The notes under the pieces were generated by a model. That model searched no databases. It was not told the DNA's origin and saw only the letters and a program-made list of their open reading frames with translations. A DNA stretch of 64,000 nt from a virus, in IMG/VR virus record IMGVR_UViG_3300036790_000270, positions 1 to 64,000 of that record; one strand, given 5' to 3'. Shown piece after piece: positions 8,627 to 16,647 of the stretch; the stretch's first letter is position 1, and the number at the start of each line of letters is the position of its first letter. The position numbers and the translations under genes were made by a program.

Positions 8627-9118
8627 TCAGTAACGTGCGGTGGGCGCGAGGTTTCCGCGCTTGGAGATGCCCGACGGGTAGCTTTCCCCGCCGCCAGGGA
8701 TGTCGCCTGCGTCACGGGTAAGGTTGCCCCGCGCGCTTACCCACGCCCGGTAGCCGTTGTCGGTGCCAATGGCCCGTGCGTCACCAGCCCGGTAACCGGG
8801 CGCGCTTGGGTCAACGGCCACCTTGATGCCCGCGACGGGCGTGATGTGCGGCGCGCTCACCCGCGCGGTAGCCGGTATCGGGTTGCCCGCGAAATACGCG
8901 GCGTCTGGCCGGTAGTAGACCGATCCCCCGCCGTTCCTGCGGTTCGCGTTGGTGTTGCGCCGCCGTACGCGCCCGTTCCCGCCGCGTGCGGTTCCCGCGA
9001 GCACGTTCCCGCGATCTCCGCCCGCCGGCTCCGGGGTGTCACCACGCTTAGACCTAGCCGGCGCGGTGCCCGTGCGCAGCAGCGTGTCCAGCCGCGCGAT
9101 GCTTTCGGCTAGGCTCAC
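8627..9118 (-). CDS. basic Gly/Arg-rich hypothetical protein
   Basis: GTG start at 9118 within ORF 8627..9238. Confidence 0.5.
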   Translation of the reverse strand: MSLAESIARLDTLLRTGTAPARSKRGDTPEPAGGDRGNVLAGTARGGNGRVRRRNTNANRRNGGGSVYYRPDAAYFAGNPIPATARVSAPHITPVAGIKVAVDPSAPGYRAGDARAIGTDNGYRAWVSARGNLTRDAGDIPGGGESYPSGISKRGNLAPTARY

Positions 9119-9234
9119 GCGAGCGCCGCCGCAATCACCATGATCGTGCCCAGGACCGCGCACACGATCGCCAGCACGGCTTGCTCCGTTTCTGTCATGC
9201 GTTCCTCCACCTGTTTCGGGTCGTGCCCTGATAA

Positions 9235-9276
9235 GCACGCGGCGCGGCTAGGGTGTGTGCCCTAGCCGCACCGTGC
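9235..9276 (-). terminator. hairpin downstream of the HTH gene
   Basis: GCGGCTAGGG (9244-9253) pairs with CCCTAGCCGC (9260-9269). Confidence 0.5.
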
Positions 9277-9291
9277 ACCGGTCGGGACTGA

Positions 9292-10041
9292 TCATTCAGC
9301 GGTCAGTTGGGCGAGGTACAGTTCCGCCTTGGTGATCAGGGCGTGAAGTTCATCTTCCGACATCGCTGACAGCAACGTGTCTAGGTCGAATGCGGCGTCG
9401 GCGGAGGCCGTCCGTGGCGTGGTGGCCGTGGTGCCGGGCTCGCCGTCCGCACTGTCGCCGCTAGCGGATTCGCTTGCCGGCGTGTGCGCTGCTACGCGTG
9501 CCGGATTGGCGAGATTCAGTTCGGTGCGGTCCCGCTTGATCGTGCGCTCACCAGCGCCGGCCATCGCCATCACGTGCTCGATTGAGGTCTTGGGGTCGCG
9601 GGTGTACATCAGCGTCACTAGCAGCCGGCGCGCATCGTAGGGGAGCTGGAAGTTGTCCGGCCGGATGCCCATGAAGTCACGGAAGTACGCCTTCACTGTC
9701 ATGTCTTTGGCATCCCAGGGCGCGTACGGGTACAGCGCCGCGAATGCCTCTGCCACTTTCTTGGCATCCACGATCGCGGCCGTAACGAGCTTGCTGGCAA
9801 CCGCTTCAAGTGCCGCGCCTTTCTTTGGGTCCAGCTCTGGCGCGGACGCAGCCGGCGTCTTGGGCGCGACCGGCGTCTTGGGCGCGACCGGCGTCTTGGG
9901 CGCAGCCGGCGTCTTGGGCGCGACCGGCGTCTTGGCCGTGGCGGGCGGAACGATAGCCAGCCCGGTAGCGGCTTTGGCCGTGCGCTTGATTTGCGGCTTG
10001 GTGTCGGTGGTAACGAGCTTATGTTCTGCGGTTGCCGGCAT
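9292..10041 (-). CDS. putative HTH DNA-binding protein with an N-terminal APKTP repeat tail
   Basis: TSIEHVMAMAGAGERTIKRDRTEL resembles an HTH; (V/A)APKTP tandem repeats. Confidence 0.6.
   Translation of the reverse strand: MPATAEHKLVTTDTKPQIKRTAKAATGLAIVPPATAKTPVAPKTPAAPKTPVAPKTPVAPKTPAASAPELDPKKGAALEAVASKLVTAAIVDAKKVAEAFAALYPYAPWDAKDMTVKAYFRDFMGIRPDNFQLPYDARRLLVTLMYTRDPKTSIEHVMAMAGAGERTIKRDRTELNLANPARVAAHTPASESASGDSADGEPGTTATTPRTASADAAFDLDTLLSAMSEDELHALITKAELYLAQLTAE
9848..9935. repeat. 18-bp coding tandem repeat (about 5 units, CCGGCGTCTTGGGCGC(G/A)(A/G))
   Basis: read directly from the sequence. Confidence 0.9.
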
Positions 10042-10044
10042 GAT

Positions 10045-10113
10045 CGTGCCTTTCGCTGTCTGGATGCTAGGTGTGCCCTAGTTGCGCTGCATCTGGCGTT
10101 GCGCATGATCGGG
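10045..10113. repeat. 69-bp leader direct repeat, copy 1 (49 bp identical)
   Basis: 10065-10113 is identical to 10459-10507; includes the GAAAGG RBS on the minus strand. Confidence 0.95.
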
Positions 10114-10129
10114 CTGATTGGAAACTCGT

Positions 10130-10435
10130 TTACGCCAGTCGGTCCCGTCGGTTGATATCGGCTATTACTAGGTCATACAGGGTTTGCAGCGCGGAATCCT
10201 CTACCGGCCCGATAATCTCAGGGTCGATAAGGTCCCGCACTACGCGGTACGCCTCTCCGGGGGGTAGCGGAGCAGAGTCGTCGTCATTTAGTTCGGTGAT
10301 CGTGACGGTGCTGGGATCACGATAGTTTCGATCTACGTGAGCTTGCGCACTAGCCATGTTCTCCGCCACGATGACGGAAGCGAATTTCGTGTAACCACCG
10401 AACTGAGACGGGATTAGGAGTCGGTACTGTGCCAT
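10130..10435 (-). CDS. hypothetical protein
   Basis: ATG at 10435 after GAAAGG. Confidence 0.6.
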   Translation of the reverse strand: MAQYRLLIPSQFGGYTKFASVIVAENMASAQAHVDRNYRDPSTVTITELNDDDSAPLPPGEAYRVVRDLIDPEIIGPVEDSALQTLYDLVIADINRRDRLA

Positions 10436-10438
10436 GGG

Positions 10439-10507
10439 CGTGCCTTTCACTGCGTGGTTGCTAGGTGTGCCCTAGTTGCGCTGCATCTGGCGTTGCGCAT
10501 GATCGGG
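10439..10507. repeat. 69-bp leader direct repeat, copy 2
   Basis: see copy 1. Confidence 0.95.
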
Positions 10508-10665
10508 TTTCGCTGTGCTTAGCCATTCTTGATCCACGCGGTACCGTCGGTGGTCAACTGGTAGCCGGCCATTGAAATGCTGTGGAGGACCGACCCCGGA
10601 AGGACGTATCCGTTTCGGTACAGCCGGTTGAACAGTGCTTCCATGATTTCCTCACTGCCCTTGGT

Positions 10666-10683
10666 TAGTGCCACGTGGCACTA
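10666..10683. repeat. palindromic repeat copy 10 (18-bp perfect)
   Basis: upstream of a small ORF with ATG at 10644, the first gene of the leftward run. Confidence 0.95.
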
Positions 10684-11119
10684 GCGCACGATGCGCAATC
10701 TGATTGCTGCCCTGTTACCCGGTTAGCGACTGACGTGCTGTTACCAACCCCATCGTGTGCCCTAAGCAACTGCGATGCGCTCAATCGGTAATGCGTGGCG
10801 CTGTACCTGGTAGCTAGCCATCGTGCCGGTAGTAGTTCCGGCTTGCAGGTGACTGTCTGACATGCGGTCCGCGACGGCTTGTCTCAGCACTAGCTTTGGC
10901 GTGCTCACCTGCTGCATTGAACCGCGCCGCTAGCCGATGGCCAGGATTCGCGCGATTGTCTCTAGTTCCTCTGAGAACTAGCAAGATCAGCCCTTGCAAT
11001 CGAGCCGCCGGCTATGGAACGGGTGTCTGCCTCTGACCAGCTACCTTCACGCGGGTGACGCGCTACTCCGGTAGGTTCGGCTGCCTTGCCCTTGCGCGTT
11101 GGGCTTGAAAACAGCCCAA

Positions 11120-11230
11120 CGTGACCACATTCCCATGCAATCTGTTGATGTCAATACCTTGATACCCAACTTGTTTCTAATTCGTTATTGATCTGTTACT
11201 TAACCGGTTAACACTAATCTGTTCGGTGCG
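11120..11230 (-). promoter_or_regulatory. AT-rich control region with a leftward TTGACA -35 box
   Basis: TTGACA on the minus strand at 11154-11149; -10 box weak; lies at the strand-divergence point. Confidence 0.4.
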
Positions 11231-11537
11231 GCCGGGATTTGCCCACGGCTGACCTGGGCGGATGCACCACAACGGCCGAACGGGATGACCCGTGGGTGAA
11301 TGGCCGCGACAACCGTGTAAAGGCCTGTACGTGGCTGCTAGGGGCCTTTAAACGGGTGCTGGTGACTGGCCGGCCGTGTTTGTCGCGGATGTCGCGGCTG
11401 TCGCGGGTGGTTGCGATGCGATGTTACGCAACTGAGATCTTGGGTGTTGTCCTACTTGTCCACCTATGACCGGTATGCCCGGATGTTGACACGTTAGGAT
11501 GTGAACGTAGTTCAGTTCACATCAACCGGAGGTTCGC

Positions 11538-11690
11538 ATGCTGATCCACATCATCAACGCACTGATCACGATCGCGCCGTTCATCCTGCACACGATCGAG
11601 ATCACCAGGCTGCACGGTGTGCAGGTCGTGTGCCAGCTACAGACCGCGCACGGCCAGATCTACGCCAACGCCTGCAACACGATTGGCTGA
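11538..11690 (+). CDS. small hydrophobic protein (MLIHIINALITIAPF...)
   Basis: GGAGG RBS; TTGACA at 11486 upstream. Confidence 0.45.
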   Translation: MLIHIINALITIAPFILHTIEITRLHGVQVVCQLQTAHGQIYANACNTIG

Positions 11691-11889
11691 CCACGTGCTG
11701 ATCCGCTGCACACGACGTGATCTCACGGTGGACGAGGCGATCACCGTGCTTGCCGTCGACGGCTACCGTGGCGATGCCATCGTTCGCTACCTAGCCGACG
11801 CCCGTGCTGGATCTGCCTGGCCAGTCGGTCCGGTCGATCGTGTGACCTACCTGGCTACCGGCTACACGATCGCTTACAAGCAACGCTGA
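11683..11889 (+). CDS. hypothetical protein
   Basis: 3' part of ORF 11617..11889, overlapping the upstream stop. Confidence 0.4.
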   Translation: MADHVLIRCTRRDLTVDEAITVLAVDGYRGDAIVRYLADARAGSAWPVGPVDRVTYLATGYTIAYKQR

Positions 11890-12390
11890 TACTGCCTGGT
11901 TGACGGGCTCGGTGCCGTGCGGCATCGAGCTCGTTGGCATGCCCTGTTGGCGTGCTGGTGTGCTCATGGTGGCGTGCGGCTACGTGGTGTGCTACCTACT
12001 GCCCTGGCTGGTGTGTACATGATCCACTACATGACGTCCATCATGTGTACTACACAACACATCACATACCGCATGCCAACTACCGCATTCCGTATATCAT
12101 ATGACGTATGCGATGCGCTCGCGTACCGTACGCCAATTGGCCGACCATATATGATAATGTGAATTCGAATACATGTGTGCCGTAATTGTGTTCGATTTTT
12201 TGTCATTACCACCTACCGGACCTTCGGTTGACGGAATTCCCTCTCCGTGGCAGAAAACCCCTCTGCACAGCGGAAAACAGGAAAATTTTCGGCAAAAATC
12301 CCCCATACTTAGTTCAGTCACTGAACATTCTCTCTCTCGGAAAATCCGTAATCCGGAATAAAAGCCGACCCCCTTGGGCTGTCTTCCGGT

Positions 12391-12642
12391 ATGACCGCGA
12401 TCAGCGAAGCCGTAGTCAGGTGGCTAGACGTCGACGTCAGTGAGACGCCCCCCTGTGAAGGAGTACTGCTCCAGTTCGGCCGGGTGTGCGGTACTCCGTC
12501 GGCTGTCCGCGTGTACGTGATGTGCTTTTGTGGAGGGTCGTGCACGATCTTCTTGTGCGAGCGGGATTACCGGCAGCTGACGCTAGGGTTCGCTCGTTGC
12601 GGGCGCTGCCATCTCAAGATCGACAAGTGGACGGAGATCTAG
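12391..12642 (+). CDS. Cys-rich (zinc-binding) small protein
   Basis: several Cys pairs including CFC and CGRC. Confidence 0.55.
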   Translation: MTAISEAVVRWLDVDVSETPPCEGVLLQFGRVCGTPSAVRVYVMCFCGGSCTIFLCERDYRQLTLGFARCGRCHLKIDKWTEI

Positions 12643-12755
12643 TGAAGAAGACGGAACGAGGCATGGGGTGCTGCGGCTGCGGCCCCGGCGGCGGTGGCTG
12701 CACCTGCAGTCCAGGTTGCACGTGTACCTGCTCGTACTGCGATTGCCCGAAGTAG
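12642..12755 (+). CDS. metallothionein-like Cys-rich peptide (37 aa)
   Basis: GTG overlaps the upstream TAG; GGAG RBS; 10 Cys in CC/CxC motifs. Confidence 0.5.
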   Translation: MKKTERGMGCCGCGPGGGGCTCSPGCTCTCSYCDCPK

Positions 12756-12913
12756 GAATTCGTGCCTGATGATTCGTGCGCGCAGGGACACGCCAAGAGG
12801 ACGTTGTTCTATGAGGACCTGCCGGACGGCGGCCAGCGGCGGCACTGGATCTGCACTCGCTGCCTGATCTGTGCCAGTGACCCGCCGTCCAGTGCCAATT
12901 AAGAGGGAGGACC

Positions 12914-13228
12914 GTGGCGAGGACACCGAAGATCGTTCGGCGTAACGGCGGTTACTGCGTCTGCCCGCAGCCGGTAAAGACGACGAACATGCGGGAGAAT
13001 TTCTTCCGGGACGGAACCTGCAAGCGCGGGTACTGCTACTCAGCAAAGTGCTGGGACTGCTGCGGGGAGCTGTTCAGCATGGGGCCAATAACGTGCCAGT
13101 GCGAGCACCCGCGCTGGTGCCGGTACCCCGGGATGGAGCAGCCGGGCCACTGGGACCCAGCGAAGGACGAGTTCGTTCCGGCGCGTGCCGCGGTGAAGCC
13201 GAGTATCGCCAGGCGCCATCGTGCATGA
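12914..13228 (+). CDS. Cys-rich hypothetical protein
   Basis: GGAGG RBS; many Cys. Confidence 0.6.
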   Translation: MARTPKIVRRNGGYCVCPQPVKTTNMRENFFRDGTCKRGYCYSAKCWDCCGELFSMGPITCQCEHPRWCRYPGMEQPGHWDPAKDEFVPARAAVKPSIARRHRA

Positions 13229-13472
13229 TGCGATAGTGGTCCGTATCAGCGTGACAGCGTGCGTTATCCAGGAGACGGGTGTTCTGTGTACCGAGCCAGT
13301 CGTTAATGTCTGGTCGGCTGGATGCGTTCATGAGCACGTGGTAGAGGGAATGGGTATTTGCGCCCGGCATCAGTGGCGGATGCACCTGCCGTGGACTTGT
13401 TCCGTCTGCCGGCCGTTGCACGGGGACTGCCAGGTGCAAATGCGACAGGTTACGACAGCGGAAGGTAATTAG
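13228..13472 (+). CDS. Cys/His-rich small protein
   Basis: CVHEH, CARH, CSVC motifs; start position uncertain. Confidence 0.45.
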
Positions 13473-13473
13473 C

Positions 13474-13659
13474 GTGAATTTCGCGGAGCGCGGCGGAAAT
13501 GGCCGGAATGGTGACGGTTCCTGGGCGCCGACGGACGGTCGTGGCTGCCCTACGTGCGGTGCGATCCGCAGTGGGTGGCATGGTGGGGATTGTCCCAATC
13601 GTTGGTACCAGTACGACGAGGACGGGACGTGCCTCAACGCGGGGCTTCTGCCCGGATAG
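13474..13659 (+). CDS. small zinc-ribbon-like protein
   Basis: CPTC...HGGDC; GGAAGG RBS. Confidence 0.45.
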   Translation: MNFAERGGNGRNGDGSWAPTDGRGCPTCGAIRSGWHGGDCPNRWYQYDEDGTCLNAGLLPG

Positions 13660-13823
13660 CCTGATTACGCGCCTAGTGGGACCTCTTGCGGTCTTGGCCC
13701 GCGTGCGACGGTGAAGCCGGACCGCGTCAGCCGTCGCGGGCGCGTTAGGTTTCAGCCGGTTCTGCGTACTTTCCTGAAGTTCAGCGCGGAATGCGGTAGT
13801 TTTCGTAAGTCAAGGCCTAGCCG

Positions 13824-13867
13824 AAAAAGCGCCGCGGTCAGCCTCTCACGAGGGGACCGCGGCGCTC
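13824..13867 (-). terminator. intrinsic terminator for the peptidase gene
   Basis: AGCGCCGCGGTC/GACCGCGGCGCT stem followed by TTTTT on the minus strand. Confidence 0.65.
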
Positions 13868-13894
13868 GGCTGCCAGCAACGACAGGATTTCAGC

Positions 13895-14848
13895 CTAGAC
13901 CAGGCTCTTCAGCCACGCCAGGAGCTTCTCGACACCCTCGACGAGCTCGGCGACCGGGTTCTCGCTCGCTGGCGACACTGCGGGGGGCGCCGGAACGGGC
14001 GCGGGCACCGGCTTCGGCTGGGTAATCACCGCGGGGAACGCGTTTCCGGTGATTTCCTGGTAGTCCGCGGCGAGCTGCGCGATATTCATCCCGATGAGGA
14101 AGTTCTTGCTCATTAGGTGCTCCGGCCAGATGACCACCCAGCATTCCTCGACGGCGTTCTCCCAGAATGCGTCCGTGAAGCTGGTTTCCTGTGCCCAGGT
14201 GATGAACCGCTCGTCGCCGCCCAGCGGCCCGGCTCCAGCGGCCCCGTAGCCCGCGATCATGACGCTGTGGCCGCCGTCAACCGGGCTGGTCGGGCTCCAG
14301 TCCCAGGGCTGGCCGTCGCTGAACTCCGTCTGGTTGATGTCGAGCACGTTGATGCCCGTCCACACGCTGCCGAAGACGGCGATCGCCGCTTTTACTTCAG
14401 CGGGGTTCTTGTAGTCGACTGCGGCGAAGCAGAGCGCCTTCACGCCGTCGGGACCGCCGTTTGCGACGAGGTCTTCCAGGCCGGTCTGAATGTCCATGCC
14501 GTTGTCGTCGGGTGAGCCGGGGCCGGAGGCTGTTCCGCCTGCGGGGCTGAAGCCGGGGTTCTGCGTCTCGTAGAACGTCCAGACCTGGGACTGGCCGGGG
14601 TAAGTTCCCTGGGCAGTTAGCCAGGTGGTGACCAGGTACCGCATGTTGGCCCAGGTAACCGCGACGCAGTCGCCCGCCTGGTCATTGCCGAGCATCTGCC
14701 AGCTGCCGTCTAGCCGCGTGAGGTAGTCCTCAGCTGCGGGGACGAGGGGTTCCAGCTTGTAGGCGTCGTCGGTCAGGTAGTTCTTCAGCCGGAGAGCGCG
14801 TGCCCGCTTCGGGGAACGACGGCCGTACCTGCCGGGAGTGCGTGCCAT
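13895..14848 (-). CDS. papain-like cysteine peptidase (putative)
   Basis: GNDQAGDCVAV (catalytic Cys), GGHSVMIAGY (His), FITWA. Confidence 0.65.
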   Translation of the reverse strand: MARTPGRYGRRSPKRARALRLKNYLTDDAYKLEPLVPAAEDYLTRLDGSWQMLGNDQAGDCVAVTWANMRYLVTTWLTAQGTYPGQSQVWTFYETQNPGFSPAGGTASGPGSPDDNGMDIQTGLEDLVANGGPDGVKALCFAAVDYKNPAEVKAAIAVFGSVWTGINVLDINQTEFSDGQPWDWSPTSPVDGGHSVMIAGYGAAGAGPLGGDERFITWAQETSFTDAFWENAVEECWVVIWPEHLMSKNFLIGMNIAQLAADYQEITGNAFPAVITQPKPVPAPVPAPPAVSPASENPVAELVEGVEKLLAWLKSLV

Positions 14849-14927
14849 GAAAGTCCTTTCACTCGTGACATGGCACCGGCTCCCGGGAATCGGGCCGCGG
14901 TTACTGGAGGTAGCTTACGATGTGATT

Positions 14928-15107
14928 ATGGACAATGAGTGGCGCAAGAGCACGCGCAGCATCGCGAACGGGGACTGCGCGGAGATAGGGCAAGCTGGCT
15001 GTGTCATCGGCGTCCGGGATACGAAGGAAGCTGAGCGTCTAGACCGGGTTGTCCTGGAGTTCCCGCGCGCAGCATGGGAAGCGTTCACCGGGAAGCTGAA
15101 GGCGTGA
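14928..15107 (+). CDS. DUF397 (BldB-like) protein
   Basis: WRKSTRS..GDCAEI...VRDTK...FPRAAWEAF is the DUF397 pattern; TACGAT 6 nt before the ATG. Confidence 0.8.
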   Translation: MDNEWRKSTRSIANGDCAEIGQAGCVIGVRDTKEAERLDRVVLEFPRAAWEAFTGKLKA

Positions 15108-15274
15108 ACTTACGATAAGCGCATGAGACTGACCCTGCTTAACCCGCTTCCGCGGCGCGTATGCTTCCGGCTATGGCTGACTAGCCATCGTGACGGGCTG
15201 GCTACCTGGCTGGCGTATCGTGATCACTTGCGCGCTGCGGAGTGGACCTGGCGGCTGACCGGGGGATGGCGCTG

Positions 15275-15691
15275 ATGGGAAGCTGGTTCGAGGCCAAGCG
15301 TGACGGGCGCTGCTCGCACTGCCCGCGGTCGTTCATCGCTGGCGAAGAGATTTACGCCAAGAGCAAGGGCGTCTACCTCTGCCATGACTGCGGTCTGCTC
15401 GCGGACAACCTCCCGAGTGACGTCGGTTCGTGGGAAGCGTCAGTCATGAAGGATCTTGCGAAGCTCCCGCTGGAGGCGAGTGAGGGTACCCTCGCGCAGA
15501 ACATGCTCGGCCTGGCGAGGGATCTCGACGCCGGTGACGTTCCCCCGCGGGAGCGCCCGCAGTACACCAAGGAGATGCGGATCAACCTGCTTTCGCTGCA
15601 GGACGCGTTCCCTGCCTCCGACGAAGATGACGAGACCGAGGTCGCCCGGCAGAAGCGTGAGCGCCGCGCCCGGGAGAACGGCGGGTTCTGA
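15275..15691 (+). CDS. probable terminase small subunit with N-terminal zinc ribbon
   Basis: position upstream of TerL; LARDLD... helical core and basic C-terminus typical of actinophage TerS. Confidence 0.5.
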   Translation: MGSWFEAKRDGRCSHCPRSFIAGEEIYAKSKGVYLCHDCGLLADNLPSDVGSWEASVMKDLAKLPLEASEGTLAQNMLGLARDLDAGDVPPRERPQYTKEMRINLLSLQDAFPASDEDDETEVARQKRERRARENGGF

Positions 15692-16038
15692 CGCCAGCGG
15701 CCGGCTGCCCCAGGTGAAGGAATAAGGCGCACGGCAAGATCGTTGCACCGGCCATGACCGCAACTACCGGTGTGAGCAGTAACCGTGTTTCCGTGCTAGG
15801 CCCGCCAGTGCCAGGCCACGCGTACCCGTGCTGTGATCACTGTGGCGGCGTACCCGGGCATCTGGTCGGGCATGGCATCCCCTGCACCTGCCCGAAGCCC
15901 CCGCCGCTCCGGGACTAGGAGTAACTGTGTTCCCGTGCTGCGCGCACTGCAACTGCCGCGAGGGCAAGCGTAACGGCCACCCTCTCCCGTGCCCGGCCTG
16001 CCAGATGCCCCGCCCGGCAAAGTAAAGAAGGAGGCGTC

Positions 16039-16266
16039 ATGACCATTCAGCCCCATGAAACTTACCCGGCACTGCCGAAGCGCCGGCACTGCGATGTCTG
16101 CGCCGATACGCACTTCGTCAGCAACTGCTACGTCTACGATCGTGCGGTGCAGTGCACCTGCGGCGCCGGCGACGACGAGCTCGCCTTCCACACCATGTCC
16201 TGCGACAGCGTCCCGTGCCCGTTCTGCCAGCTGCTCGGTGAGCCCGTATGGCCGATGACGAGGTAA
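16039..16266 (+). CDS. Cys-rich small protein
   Basis: AAGGAGG RBS; CDVC, CTC and CPFC motifs. Confidence 0.55.
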   Translation: MTIQPHETYPALPKRRHCDVCADTHFVSNCYVYDRAVQCTCGAGDDELAFHTMSCDSVPCPFCQLLGEPVWPMTR

Positions 16267-16523
16267 CCGTGACGCTGGTGGAAAGGCTGTGGCTGGCGTT
16301 TGTGTGCCTGCTGCTTTCCGGGGCCATCGGTTTCTGCATCGCTGAGGCGCTGGCTGCCGGGTGCGCTCGCGGCTGCAGGTGAATGCGCCGCGGCAGCCTC
16401 TTGCCGCCCGGGGTGCGGGGAAGCTTGTACCGCACCTGTAACTGGCAGGAGTAGGAGCTGTCAGTTTCCCTCCCGTTCTTTAGCCCGCCTTCCAGCGGGA
16501 GGGCGTTACCGGGAAGGCTGGGC

Positions 16524-16626
16524 CAGAGAGCACCCATCCGGCGGAACCGGCCCGTTACCTGGAAAGGCGTCATAGCCGATCTGGAGTAGAGCAGGTTCGA
16601 CCCCTGTACCGGAGGGGTGCTCTTTG
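16524..16626 (+). ncRNA. candidate tRNA-like structured RNA
   Basis: T-arm GCAGG-TTCGACC-CCTGT enclosed by the long stem CAGAGAGCACCC/GGGTGCTCTTTG. Confidence 0.35.
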
Positions 16627-16647
16627 CTGTGTCCGTAGTATCAGCAT

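Noticed and set aside
1390-10683. Palindromic repeats as a CRISPR array
   Set aside because: Spacing is 400-2900 bp and irregular, the intervals are whole genes, and no cas genes are present
1390-10683. Repeats as classical integron attC sites
   Set aside because: Too short, no consistent RYYYAAC...GTTRRRY boxes or extrahelical bases, and no integron integrase in the window
1-12000. Apparent abundance of CTAG in the left arm
   Set aside because: A rough manual count is near the expectation from base composition; at most a lack of avoidance, which needs proper k-mer statistics
16524-16626. YrlA-type Y RNA
   Set aside because: Arm order is canonical (T-arm next to the 3' closing strand) rather than permuted, and no Ro60/Rsr gene is seen
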